This document shows, piece by piece, positions 48,402 to 58,209 of a stretch of 64,000 nt of DNA. Below the pieces are notes generated by a model, which was not told where the DNA came from, searched no databases, and worked only from the letters and a program-made list of their open reading frames with translations. The translations under genes and the position numbers were made by a program. Origin of the DNA: an uncultured delta proteobacterium (lineage in GTDB: Bacteria > Myxococcota > UBA727 > VGSZ01); NCBI GenBank assembly GCA_963775425.1, contig CAVZJB010000012.1, forward strand, positions 224,001-288,000. The letters run 5' to 3'. The first letter of the stretch is position 1; every line of letters starts with the position of its first letter.

Positions 48402-51305
48402 ATGATGAAGGAGGGACGGCAGGATTTTCACGACCTGATGCGCTACCGCATCATGGACATCCTGCTCGTCGCGAGCCCCTACGACTCCTTTGTCCTCGAG
48501 GAGGCGGGTGACATCGGCGAGCGCATGCTCGGCGAGTTCAGGAACCTCGACCTCCACTACACGCCGGGCATCACCACGGTCCCCACCGGCGCCGAAGCGC
48601 TCGCGCTCCTCGAGGAGCGGCGCTTCGGCCTGGTGATCTCCGGCCTGCACCTCGCCGACATGCGTGGCGACGAGCTCGCGCGCCGGGTGGCCGACGCGGA
48701 GCTCGACGTGCCGGTCGTGCTGCTCGGCTTCGACGCCCGCGACGTCGCCGACGTCGACGCGCGCGTGCCGGCGCCGATCTTCTTGTGGCAAGGCGACGCG
48801 CGCATCCTGCTCGCCATCGTCAAGTGCGTCGAGGACGCGCGCAACGCGGCGCACGACACGCAGTCCATCGGCGTGCAGGTCATCATCCTCATCGAGGACA
48901 ACGTCCGCTACTACTCGTCGTTCCTCCCGGCCATCTACGCCGAGCTGCTCGAGCAGTCGCGACGGCTCGTGCCCGAAGGGATGAACTTCTCGCACAAGAT
49001 CACGCGCATGCGAGCGCGGCCCAAGATCCTCCTGTGCCGCACCTACGAGGACGCGTGGCAGGCCTTCGAGCGCTACGGCGAAGAGGTGCTCGGCGTCATC
49101 TCCGACGTCGAATTCCCGCGGGGCGGCGCCGTCGCCGACGAGGCGGGGCTCGACTTCGCCCGCGAGGTGCACGAGCGCTGGGCCGACGTCCCCGTGCTCC
49201 TGCAGTCCTCGAACCCCGCGCACGCCGAGCGCGCCGGCGCCGTGGGCGCGAGCTTCCTGTTGAAGGGCTCGCCGCTCCTGCTCGGCGAGCTGTCGCGGTT
49301 CATGACCGACTACTTCGGCTTCGGCGACTTCATCTTTCGCCTGCGCGACGGCAGCGTCGTCGGCCGCGCCCACGACCTGCGCTCGCTCGAGGAGGTGCTG
49401 CGCACGGCGCCGCTCGAGAGCATCGCCTACCACGCCGACCGCAACCACTTCTCCAAGTGGCTGAAGGCGCGCACGGAGTTCGCGCTCGCCGACGAGGTCC
49501 GGCCGCGCCGGGTGTCCGACTTTGCGGCGCCCGAGGACCTCCGCGCCTGGCTCATCGACACCATCGCCCGCTACCGCCACGAGCGGAGCCTCGCGGCGGT
49601 CGCCGACTTCGACGCCGCCACCTTCGCCGGTTGGGTGGGCGACGCCCGCGACGAGCTCGCGCGCATCGGGGGCGGATCGCTCGGCGGCAAGGCGCGCGGC
49701 CTGGCGTTCATGCGCACGCTCCTGAGCCAGCACCGCCTCGAGGGCCTCGACGCCGACGTCAGCGTCAGCGTGCCGCCGGCGGTGGTGATCGCCACCGACG
49801 TGTTCGATCGCTTCCTCGAGGAGAGCGGGCTGCGCGACTTCGCCATTCACTGCGACGATGACGCCGAGCTCGAGCGCCGCTTCGTCGCGGCGCCGTTGCC
49901 CGCGCGCGCGCGGCGCGACCTCGCGGCCGTCGCCAACCATGTGCGCTCGCCGCTCGCCGTGCGCTCGTCGAGCCTCCTCGAGGACTCGCAGCACCAGCCC
50001 TTCAGTGGTGTGTACGAGACCTTCATGCTCGCCAACGCCGCGGAGGACCCGGCGCTGCGCCACGGCCTCCTGTGCAACGCGGTGAAGCGGGTCTACGCGT
50101 CGACGTTTGCGAAGCGCGCCAAGGACACCATGCGCGCCACGCCGTTCCGCCTCGAGGAAGAAAAGATGGCGGTGATCGTGCAACGCGTGGTGGGCCGCGC
50201 GCACGGCACCCGCTTCTACCCGGACATCTCCGGCGTGGCGCGCTCGCACAACTTCTACCCGACGGCGCCGCTTTTGGCCTCGGACGGCGTCGCGGCGGTA
50301 GCGCTCGGCCTCGGCCGGAGCGTGGTCACCGACGGCACCTCGGTGCAGTTCTGTCCGCGCGCGCCCGAGCACATCGCGTCGTTCAAGTCGCACAAGGAGA
50401 CGATGGCCAGCGCGCAGCGTGTGTTCTGGGCGCTCGACCTCGCCGGGGGCGGCATGCGGGAGACGCGCTTCGAGCTGGAGGACGCGGAGGCCGACGGCGT
50501 GCTCGGGGCGTTGGCTTCGACGTGGTCGCCGGACAACGACGCGCTCTACGACGGCGTCTCGCGCCCGGGTGTGCGCGTGTTGACCTTCGCGCAGATCTTG
50601 AAGCGGCACACCTTTCCGCTCGCGCGCGTCGTGGATGCGCTGCTCGCGATGGGCACGTGGGGCATGGGCGCGGCGGTGGAGATCGAATTCGCAGTGGACC
50701 TCGCGTCGCGCACGGTGGCGTTCCTGCAGTTGCGGCCGCTGACCTTGTGGCGCGAGCGCGTGCAGCTCGACATCGCCGACGTCGGTGACGCCGACGTGGT
50801 GTGCCGCAGCGACAGCGTGCTCGGCAACGGCCGCATCGACGACATTCACGACGTCGTCGTCGTCGACAGCCGCCGCTTCGATCGGTCGGCGAGCCAATCG
50901 ACGGCGGAGCAGATCGGGCGGTTCAACGCGGAGCTCGCGGGGCGGAAGTACCTGCTCATCGGCGTAGGGCGCTGGGGCTCATCCGATCCGTGGCTCGGCA
51001 TCCCGGTGCGTTGGGATCAGATCTCGGGCGCGCGCGTGATCGTCGAGGCGGGCTTCGAGGACTTCAAGGTCACGCCGTCGCAGGGCACGCACTTCTTCCA
51101 GAACCTGACGTCGTTCAACATCGGCTACTTCACCGTGAACCCGGACGCCGGGCAGGGCTTCGTCGACTGGGAGTGGCTGGCGGGGCAACCCGCGGTGAAG
51201 GAGACGCCCTTCGTCCGACACATCCGCTCGGACAAGCCCTTCGTCGTGAAGATGAACGGGCAAGCGGGGGAGGGCGTGGTGCTTCGACCGTGTCCTGACG
51301 TCTAA
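48402..51305 (+). CDS. Receiver-like domains fused to a PEP-synthase/PPDK ATP-grasp domain
   Basis: ILIEDN..VISDVEFP; LGGKARGL, AVRSSSLLED, FSGVYET, MAVIVQ, IEFAV, LQLRP; C-terminal SQGTHFFQN. Confidence 0.85.
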   Translation: MMKEGRQDFHDLMRYRIMDILLVASPYDSFVLEEAGDIGERMLGEFRNLDLHYTPGITTVPTGAEALALLEERRFGLVISGLHLADMRGDELARRVADAELDVPVVLLGFDARDVADVDARVPAPIFLWQGDARILLAIVKCVEDARNAAHDTQSIGVQVIILIEDNVRYYSSFLPAIYAELLEQSRRLVPEGMNFSHKITRMRARPKILLCRTYEDAWQAFERYGEEVLGVISDVEFPRGGAVADEAGLDFAREVHERWADVPVLLQSSNPAHAERAGAVGASFLLKGSPLLLGELSRFMTDYFGFGDFIFRLRDGSVVGRAHDLRSLEEVLRTAPLESIAYHADRNHFSKWLKARTEFALADEVRPRRVSDFAAPEDLRAWLIDTIARYRHERSLAAVADFDAATFAGWVGDARDELARIGGGSLGGKARGLAFMRTLLSQHRLEGLDADVSVSVPPAVVIATDVFDRFLEESGLRDFAIHCDDDAELERRFVAAPLPARARRDLAAVANHVRSPLAVRSSSLLEDSQHQPFSGVYETFMLANAAEDPALRHGLLCNAVKRVYASTFAKRAKDTMRATPFRLEEEKMAVIVQRVVGRAHGTRFYPDISGVARSHNFYPTAPLLASDGVAAVALGLGRSVVTDGTSVQFCPRAPEHIASFKSHKETMASAQRVFWALDLAGGGMRETRFELEDAEADGVLGALASTWSPDNDALYDGVSRPGVRVLTFAQILKRHTFPLARVVDALLAMGTWGMGAAVEIEFAVDLASRTVAFLQLRPLTLWRERVQLDIADVGDADVVCRSDSVLGNGRIDDIHDVVVVDSRRFDRSASQSTAEQIGRFNAELAGRKYLLIGVGRWGSSDPWLGIPVRWDQISGARVIVEAGFEDFKVTPSQGTHFFQNLTSFNIGYFTVNPDAGQGFVDWEWLAGQPAVKETPFVRHIRSDKPFVVKMNGQAGEGVVLRPCPDV

Positions 51306-51898
51306 AAGCGGAACGCGAGCTGCTCGCGCGCCTCGAGCGCCGCGCCCTTCGTCGTCACGGGCGCCGCCGGCGTCGTCGGCGGGGGCGCGAGGCCGAGGCG
51401 TCCGGCCGGGTCGACGAGGAGCTGGCGTGAGAGGTGGCTCTCGCGCTTGAAGAAGCCCTCGGTGTGAAGGCTCGGGTCGAGATCGAAGACGAAGTAGTCG
51501 AGGTGGTGGCAGACCTCGTGGACCACCGTGCGCACGAAGCTCTTCTTCGCCACCGGCTTCTTCCTCGCGTGCGTGCGCATCCAGACCTTGAGCTCGGGGA
51601 CGCGGCCGTCCTCGGCTTCATAGAGGCCGTGCAGCTCGCCGTCGTCGTCGCCGGGGCGGACGGCGAGCACCTTGACCACGACGCGCGGGGCGCCGAGCTG
51701 CTCGATCATGGCGTCGACGAGTGACCGGGTGGCGCGCTGCACGGCGCGCTTGTCGTCGGCGAGGAGCGCGCGCTCGATGTCGAAAATGAGCGGGCGCAGC
51801 TCCGCCGGCCGGGGCAACGGCACGGCGACGAGCGCGTCGCTCTTTCGGTACACGGCCTGCTCGGCCTTCGACAGTCGTGCGTAGTACGGGAAACGCAT
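51302..51898 (-). CDS. Hypothetical zincin-like (HExxH) protein
   Basis: LHGLY, VVHEVCHHLD, HTEGF. Confidence 0.7.
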   Translation of the reverse strand: MRFPYYARLSKAEQAVYRKSDALVAVPLPRPAELRPLIFDIERALLADDKRAVQRATRSLVDAMIEQLGAPRVVVKVLAVRPGDDDGELHGLYEAEDGRVPELKVWMRTHARKKPVAKKSFVRTVVHEVCHHLDYFVFDLDPSLHTEGFFKRESHLSRQLLVDPAGRLGLAPPPTTPAAPVTTKGAALEAREQLAFRF

Positions 51899-51950
51899 CG
51901 GATGCGTGAAGCGTATCGCGGCGCGAGCGGCGGACAAGGCGCGGCAGACG

Positions 51951-53114
51951 TCAGCGGCCGTGCGCGGCGTTCCACACGGCGAGGCGCCGGTGCACACCGT
52001 CGATGAGGTCGCCTTGCGCGAGCTGCAGGTCGGTGACGTGCAGCCCGAGCGGCTTCTGCCAGCGTGCCGCGTCGAGCTCGACGGGGTCACCGCGCTGGTC
52101 CGCGTCGGACTTGTCGAGGTCGCCGAGGCCGGTGATCTCGAGGACGGATCCGTCGTCGCCGTGGCGCACGCAGTGGCCCTGGTAGCGGTCGCGGTAGAGG
52201 ACGAAGGGCGTGTCGACGTCGACGCCCGGCCACGACGAGGGGAGGAAGGAGCGCGACAGCGGGCCGTCCGTGGGCGCGGTGCACGCGAGCTCCTGGCCGT
52301 CGGCGAGCACGAGCTCGGGGACGTCGTCGGGGTCGCGCCCGAGGTGCGGCGCCCCGCCCGGCGGCGCCGAGCGATAGGCGACGACGCAGCCGGTCTGATC
52401 GGGGCCTTCACACAGGGGCACATGCGCGAAGCTGCCGCCCACGACCTCGCCGCGGGGGACGGCGACGGCGGCGCCGGGCATCACCGACACCAGCAGCCGG
52501 TCGCGCAGGGCCTTGTCGTCGTCGCTGTCGAAGAAGTCGTGCACGAGGCGCGTGAGCATCTGCGCGCCCTGCGAGTGGCCAAGGAGGACGATGGGCCCGT
52601 CGTCGCCCGCGCGCTCGAGGAAGCTTCGGAAGGCGAGGGCGACGTCGCCGTAGGCGGTGTCGAAGCACTGCTTGCGCTTGTCGACGTCTTGCACCGCGTA
52701 GGTGCCGAGGCCCATCTGGCGATAGAGCGGCGCGTGGACGTTGCAGATCTCGGAGAAGCGCGCCGCTTGCGCGAGCGCGGTGGAGACGTCGGTCTGCGGA
52801 TCCATCACGTCGTCGATCGCCGCGCCGAGGCTCATGTGCACCGTGGGGTAGACGTAGAAGCAGTCGGCGCCGGGTTGTGCCGCACCCTCGTGCGGCACCG
52901 TCTCGAGCGAGCCGTCCGGCTTGATCTCGGTGGCGGTGAGGTCGCCGGCGCAGGCGTCGTCGGCGGACCCGGGGGAGCACAGCCAGCTCGCGTCGTCGTC
53001 GTAGTGGTCCGCGGGGAGCGGGGCGGCGCCGCAGTCGCCGGTGCTTCCGCAGCCGGCGAGCGCGGCGGCGGCGGCGACGAGAGCGGGGAGAGCGAGGCCG
53101 GCGAGTCGGTGCAT
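51951..53114 (-). CDS. DUF3089 alpha/beta-hydrolase lipoprotein
   Basis: LAGC lipobox, WLC.PG, DCFYVYPT, APLYRQ, GHSQG, LH..D. Confidence 0.85.
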   Translation of the reverse strand: MHRLAGLALPALVAAAAALAGCGSTGDCGAAPLPADHYDDDASWLCSPGSADDACAGDLTATEIKPDGSLETVPHEGAAQPGADCFYVYPTVHMSLGAAIDDVMDPQTDVSTALAQAARFSEICNVHAPLYRQMGLGTYAVQDVDKRKQCFDTAYGDVALAFRSFLERAGDDGPIVLLGHSQGAQMLTRLVHDFFDSDDDKALRDRLLVSVMPGAAVAVPRGEVVGGSFAHVPLCEGPDQTGCVVAYRSAPPGGAPHLGRDPDDVPELVLADGQELACTAPTDGPLSRSFLPSSWPGVDVDTPFVLYRDRYQGHCVRHGDDGSVLEITGLGDLDKSDADQRGDPVELDAARWQKPLGLHVTDLQLAQGDLIDGVHRRLAVWNAAHGR

Positions 53115-53341
53115 GCCGGTCCGTATGCGCGGACGATGCCAGCGCCGGCGCGGCGCCCGGGCGCCCCCCGGCCTGCGCACGGCCGTGAACGGCTGCGCAG
53201 CCCTGCGCACGGCCGCGCAGCGCTGCGCAGCGGGACCGCGGGCCGCGCGCCGCGCGGGGCGCTCGGCGGCGCAGGCGGTCGCGGAGCGCGCCGGCGGCCG
53301 CACCGAGCGTGCCCTGGGCTCGTGAGGTATCGTCGCCCTGC

Positions 53342-55036
53342 ATGGCGGAGCCCGCGGCGTTCGGCCCGTACCTCCTTCTCGAACGCATCGCCGTCGGCGG
53401 CATGGCCGAGGTGTTCCTCGCGCGCCCGCTCGACCCGAAGCAGCAGAGCGGGCGGCCCGTCGTCGTCAAGAAGATGCTGCCGCAGCTCGCCGAGAGCACC
53501 GAGCACGTCACCATGTTCCTCGACGAGGCGCGGCTCGGGGCGCTCCTCAAGCACCCAAACGTCATCGACATCTTCGACGTCGGTCAGGTGGACAAGTCCT
53601 GGTACATGGCGCTCGAGTACGTCGACGGCCCCGACCTCGGCCAGGTCTTGAAGACCGCGCGCGACGCCCAGCAGCCGCTCCCCCCGTCACTCGCCGCGTA
53701 CGTCATCGCGCGCGCCGCCGAGGGGCTCCACTTCGCCCACGGCGTCAAGGACGCAAAGACCGGCATCCCGCTCGGCATCATCCACCGCGACGTCAGCCCG
53801 CAGAACATCCTCGTGGCGCGCAACGGTGACGTGAAGGTCGGCGACTTCGGCGTGGCCAAGAGCGGCGTGCAGATGCATGAGACCCAGACCGGCCTCGTGA
53901 AGGGAAAGATCTCGTATATGTCGCCGGAGCAGATCTCCGACGGCACGCTCGACGTGCGCACCGACGTCCTCGCGCTCGGCGTGTCCTTGTGGGAAGCGCT
54001 CACGCACCGCCGCATGTACTCCGGCCTCAACGACGTGGAGATCATGAAGGCGGTGTACTTCAAGACGCCGCCGCACCCGTCCACCATGGTGCACCTGCCC
54101 GTCACCTTCGACGACGAGCTCGACGCCATCGCCGCCCGCGCCCTCGCGCGCAAGCGCAACGAGCGCTTCGCCGACGCCAAAGAGATGATGCTCGCGCTCG
54201 ACGCGTGGTCGGCGCGGCAGCCGGCGCCGCCGTCCGCGGAGCTGCTGTCGTCGTGGATGCGCGCGCGCTTCGTGCCGCGCGCCACGGTGGAGGACGTCCC
54301 CACCGCGTGGGCCTACAAGAGCCCGGCGCGCGGGTCCTCCGTCGGCGACGGCGGCGACGGCGGCGATGGCGATGGCGATGGCGATGGCGGCGGCGCAGAG
54401 TCCGGCGAGGACTCCACCACCACGGTGGTCGACGGCGCGCGCTACCAGGCCGACGCCGGAGAGGCCATCGAGCCCGTCGAGCCAGCCGAGCTCGCGGGCG
54501 CACCGACCGTGGTGACGCCGACCACCCGGCCGCGCATCCCCGTGAAGAAGGGCACGGTGCTCAAGCCCCTGAAGCGCAGGCCGCAGAAGCCGGCGCAGAA
54601 GCGCGATCTGGTGTTGTACGTCGAGGACGAGCAGCAGAACTGGGAGGTGGCCGAGCTCCTCCTCAAGAAGAACTATGACCTCGTGCACGCGCCCGACGAT
54701 CAGATGGCGTGCGAGATCCTGCGCACGCGCGGCAGCGAGCTCACCGCGGTGCTGATGGACATCCAGCTCAAGGGCTCCACGCTCGACGGCATCGCGCTCA
54801 CCAAGCTCATCCGCGGCGGCGCCGTCGACGGCGTGCCCTCCTACGCCCGCGGCGTCCCCACGCTCGACGTCCCCGTCTTCTTCGTCACGGCGTACGCGGC
54901 GCGCTACACGGAGCGGGAGCTCCTGGCCGTCGGCGCCGACAAGCTCGTGACCAAGCCCGTGGACTTCGCGCAGATGACGCTGGCCCTCACGTCGTACCAG
55001 TTGCGCCGCGCCGCGCGCCGCGAGAGCGCCTCGTAG
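53342..55036 (+). CDS. Ser/Thr protein kinase with a C-terminal receiver domain
   Basis: GGMAEV, HRDVSPQN, DFGVAK, YMSPEQ; REC motifs YVEDE, MDIQL, VTAY, TKPV. Confidence 0.92.
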   Translation: MAEPAAFGPYLLLERIAVGGMAEVFLARPLDPKQQSGRPVVVKKMLPQLAESTEHVTMFLDEARLGALLKHPNVIDIFDVGQVDKSWYMALEYVDGPDLGQVLKTARDAQQPLPPSLAAYVIARAAEGLHFAHGVKDAKTGIPLGIIHRDVSPQNILVARNGDVKVGDFGVAKSGVQMHETQTGLVKGKISYMSPEQISDGTLDVRTDVLALGVSLWEALTHRRMYSGLNDVEIMKAVYFKTPPHPSTMVHLPVTFDDELDAIAARALARKRNERFADAKEMMLALDAWSARQPAPPSAELLSSWMRARFVPRATVEDVPTAWAYKSPARGSSVGDGGDGGDGDGDGDGGGAESGEDSTTTVVDGARYQADAGEAIEPVEPAELAGAPTVVTPTTRPRIPVKKGTVLKPLKRRPQKPAQKRDLVLYVEDEQQNWEVAELLLKKNYDLVHAPDDQMACEILRTRGSELTAVLMDIQLKGSTLDGIALTKLIRGGAVDGVPSYARGVPTLDVPVFFVTAYAARYTERELLAVGADKLVTKPVDFAQMTLALTSYQLRRAARRESAS

Positions 55037-55043
55037 GCGAACG

Positions 55044-55934
55044 CTATGCGTCGGGGCGCGCGGGCGTGTCGACGGTGCGGCCGGCGATGGGCGCGAGGCC
55101 GGAGCGGATGTGCAGGTCGCGCTGCGGGAAAGGGATCTCGATGGACTTGTGGCGGAAGGCGGCGTCGATGGCGTAGCGCAGACGAGACGCCGTCTTCAGG
55201 TCCTCGCCGGGCCGCGCGATCCAGACGAGCAGGGAGAAGTCGAGGCTGGACTCGCCGAAGTCGTCGAAGCGCACCTCGGGCTCGGGGATCTGGAGCAACT
55301 GCGTGTCGGCGAGCGCCACCGACAGCAGCGTCTCCTTCACCAGGTTCGGGTCCGTGCCGTAGGCGACGCCCACTTTGACCGTCACCCGCAGGTTGGTGGT
55401 GGGCACCGAGTGGTTGATCACCTGCGCGGTGACGAGCTCGCTGTTGGGGACGATGATCGTGACCTCGTCCCGCGTGACCACGCGCGTGGCGCGCATGCCC
55501 ACGTCGAGGACGGAGCCGTACGCCTCGCCGATCTGGACGAAGTCCCCGCGGGCGACGGGTCGCTCGATGAGCAGGATGATGCCCGACACGAAGTTCTGCG
55601 CGATGTTCTGCAGACCGAAGCCGATGCCGACGAGCAGCACGGTGGACGCGGCGAGGAGAGCGTCGAGCCGGATGCCCACGGACATGATGGCGACGAGGAC
55701 GCCGATCAGGATGATGAGGTAGCGGACGATCTTCACGAGCGCGAAGCGCGCGCCCTGGGCGACGCCGCGGGTCTCGAGCAGCCGGCGCAGCGCGCGGCTG
55801 CCGAGCGCGGCGAGGAGGTAGGAGACGACGACGATGGTGGCGCCGACGAACAGGCTGGCCGGCGTGATGGGGCCGCCCGCGAGGTGCACCAGCGGGGTGT
55901 GCGCGAGCTTCTTCACGTGATCGAACGTCGGCAT
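55044..55934 (-). CDS. mscS: Small-conductance mechanosensitive channel (MscS family)
   Basis: GIGFGLQNIAQNFVSGIILL.ERP, VPNS, FGESSLDF, IPFPQRD. Confidence 0.92.
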   Translation of the reverse strand: MPTFDHVKKLAHTPLVHLAGGPITPASLFVGATIVVVSYLLAALGSRALRRLLETRGVAQGARFALVKIVRYLIILIGVLVAIMSVGIRLDALLAASTVLLVGIGFGLQNIAQNFVSGIILLIERPVARGDFVQIGEAYGSVLDVGMRATRVVTRDEVTIIVPNSELVTAQVINHSVPTTNLRVTVKVGVAYGTDPNLVKETLLSVALADTQLLQIPEPEVRFDDFGESSLDFSLLVWIARPGEDLKTASRLRYAIDAAFRHKSIEIPFPQRDLHIRSGLAPIAGRTVDTPARPDA

Positions 55935-56021
55935 GGCCGGGCGAGGATGCGCAGACGCCGCCGCGGGGCACAACCACGTCGGGCACGGCGAGACGTGGCG
56001 CCTCGGGGCGCCCTTTGCGGC

Positions 56022-58145
56022 TCAGCTCCTGCCCGGCGCGGCCGCGGGTCCCGGCCTCGCGGGCATCCGCACGATGAACGTGCTGCCCTCGCCGAGCGCG
56101 CTCTCGACGGCCACGGTGCCCCCGTGCAGCTCGACGATCTGCTTCACGATGGCGAGGCCGAGGCCGGTGCCGCCGTGTCTGCGCGTGTGGCCCCCCTCCA
56201 CCTGCCGGAAAGACTCGAAGATCGCCGTGTGGTGCTCCGGCGCGATGCCCGGCCCGGCGTCGCGCACGCGAAAGACGACGTCGCGCGCCTCCTTCCCGGC
56301 GTCGGCGACGGTGCGTGCCTCGACGTGGACGACGCCGCCGCGCGGCGAGAACTTCACCGCGTTGGCGGCGAGGTTGATGAGCACCTGCGTGAGCCGTGTG
56401 CGGTCGGCGTCGAGGTGGGTGTCGCCGTCGATGTCGGAGCGGACCTCGACGCCGGCGGCGCGCGCCACGGGGCCGACCGTCTCGAGCGCGCGCGCCACCA
56501 CGTCGGCGGCGGCGAGCGCCTCGGGCGAGAGCTTCATGCGGCCTGCGGACAGCTTGCTGAAGTCGAGGATGTCGTTCACCACGGCGAGCAGGTGCTCGCC
56601 GGAGCCGATGATGGACTGGAGGTGGGCGGCGAGGGCGTCGCCGTCGTCGGGCGCGAAGCGGCGCTGCTCGAGGACGAGGCCGGGCTCGCCGCAGGAGGGG
56701 CAGGGGGTGTCGTCCTCGACGGGGGCGTCGTCCTCGGCCTCGAACAGGGATCCACAACGGCTGCAGGCGACGACGCTGCGCTCTTCGATCTGCTGGAGCA
56801 GTCCGCGGGGGACGTTGAGGATGGCGTTCAGCGGGGTGCGCAGCTCGTGCGACGTGTTGGCCAGGAACTCGCTCTTGAGGCGCGCCGTCTCCTCGGACCG
56901 CGCCAGAGCGTCGACCAACGCAACGTTCTTCTCGCGGAGCTGGCGGCCGAGGCGGAGGAAGTCGGCGAAGGCGAGCACCACCGCCATGAGCCCGAGGTTC
57001 ATCACGCCGTACGCGAACAGGCGGGGCGTATAGACGACGTTGAGGTCGCAGAGGAGATCGGACGCGCCCGTCACGGCGGTGACGGCGATGGCCATGGCGA
57101 GCACCGGGCCGTACTCGGTGCGTGGGCGCCGCAGGTCGCGCGCGGCGAAGAACAACGCATGCAGGATCACGACGAACAGCCACGGTGACAGCGGCTTGTA
57201 CGCCTGCTGCACGCCGAAGAGCACGGCGGCGGCGAACCAGCCCGCGCACAGGAAGCGGTTGAAGACGCGAAAGCCGGTGACGCGCCCGGCGTAGTAGCTC
57301 TCGATGAGCTCGGGGGTGACGAGCGCGATGCCGATGATGGCGTAGATGGTGAGCTTGCCCTGCGCCTGGGCGCCGAAGAGCACGCCGACGAAGGCGCCGG
57401 TCTTGCCCATCAAGTAGACGACGAGCACGCACATCACCAGCAGCGACGCGCGGTACAGGCCGCGGTTTTCGCCGGCATCCCCGCGCGACAGCAGATACGC
57501 GACGAGGGCGATGCCGAAGATGTTCACCATCAGCGCGCCGTACTCGAGCAGCCACTTCATGGACGTGGCGCGCTCGAGATACGTCTTCACCACCGCCGGC
57601 GGGCCGAGGAGGAAGCGGCCGTCGGCGATGCCGTCGTCGGGGTTGGGGTTGATGATCTCGAGCGCGAGCACGTTGTCGCCGGCCCTGAGGGCCGCGGCCG
57701 ACACCGCGAAGCCGTCGAGGCGCTCCGGATCGAGGAGCGTGTTGCTCTCGGGAACGCCGCGCTCACCGACGTAGTCCCCGTTGACGTAGACGCGCGCGAA
57801 GCCGCCGGTCTTGGGGACGATCAGGAACGCGTCCTCCTCGGGGGCGCGCGGGAGCGTGAAGTGCTTGCGCGCCCACCCGTGCAGGTAGCGCACGCCGCGC
57901 CCCGCGTAGGGGCCGGGGATGACGAAGGGGTGCCAGGCGCCGTCGTCGATGTCTCCCGCGTGCGCCGCCACGTCCGTGCCGTGCGCGCGCCCGCCGTCGT
58001 CGTCGCCGGTGAACAGCCACGGGCCGTCGAGCCGTAGCACGTCGTCGCCGCGGGGGACGGGGAACACCGCGAGGGCGAGCACGACGGGCACGATCGGCAA
58101 CAGGGCCGCGAGCCACACCTTGGCGCCGGGACGAGGGGTGTCCAC
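56022..58145 (-). CDS. Membrane histidine kinase: GH2-like sugar-binding domain, multi-TM region, HisKA with CxxC-x17-CxxC insert, HATPase
   Basis: LDGPWLF, VYVNG..VG, GDNVLA; EFLANTSHELRTPLNAI; NLAANAVKF, DAGPGI, GTGLGL. Confidence 0.9.
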   Translation of the reverse strand: MDTPRPGAKVWLAALLPIVPVVLALAVFPVPRGDDVLRLDGPWLFTGDDDGGRAHGTDVAAHAGDIDDGAWHPFVIPGPYAGRGVRYLHGWARKHFTLPRAPEEDAFLIVPKTGGFARVYVNGDYVGERGVPESNTLLDPERLDGFAVSAAALRAGDNVLALEIINPNPDDGIADGRFLLGPPAVVKTYLERATSMKWLLEYGALMVNIFGIALVAYLLSRGDAGENRGLYRASLLVMCVLVVYLMGKTGAFVGVLFGAQAQGKLTIYAIIGIALVTPELIESYYAGRVTGFRVFNRFLCAGWFAAAVLFGVQQAYKPLSPWLFVVILHALFFAARDLRRPRTEYGPVLAMAIAVTAVTGASDLLCDLNVVYTPRLFAYGVMNLGLMAVVLAFADFLRLGRQLREKNVALVDALARSEETARLKSEFLANTSHELRTPLNAILNVPRGLLQQIEERSVVACSRCGSLFEAEDDAPVEDDTPCPSCGEPGLVLEQRRFAPDDGDALAAHLQSIIGSGEHLLAVVNDILDFSKLSAGRMKLSPEALAAADVVARALETVGPVARAAGVEVRSDIDGDTHLDADRTRLTQVLINLAANAVKFSPRGGVVHVEARTVADAGKEARDVVFRVRDAGPGIAPEHHTAIFESFRQVEGGHTRRHGGTGLGLAIVKQIVELHGGTVAVESALGEGSTFIVRMPARPGPAAAPGRS

Positions 58146-58209
58146 GACGTGATGCTACCGCGACTGCGCGGCGGACGCCCTTCGCGCCACCGGCGGAGCT
58201 TCGCGCGCG

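Noticed and set aside
48402-51305. Calling this gene ppsA
   Set aside because: No canonical phospho-His swivel motif or pyruvate-binding barrel.
53170-53232. CTGCGCA-rich repeats between divergent genes as a regulatory element
   Set aside because: Short, irregular and expected by chance at this GC content.
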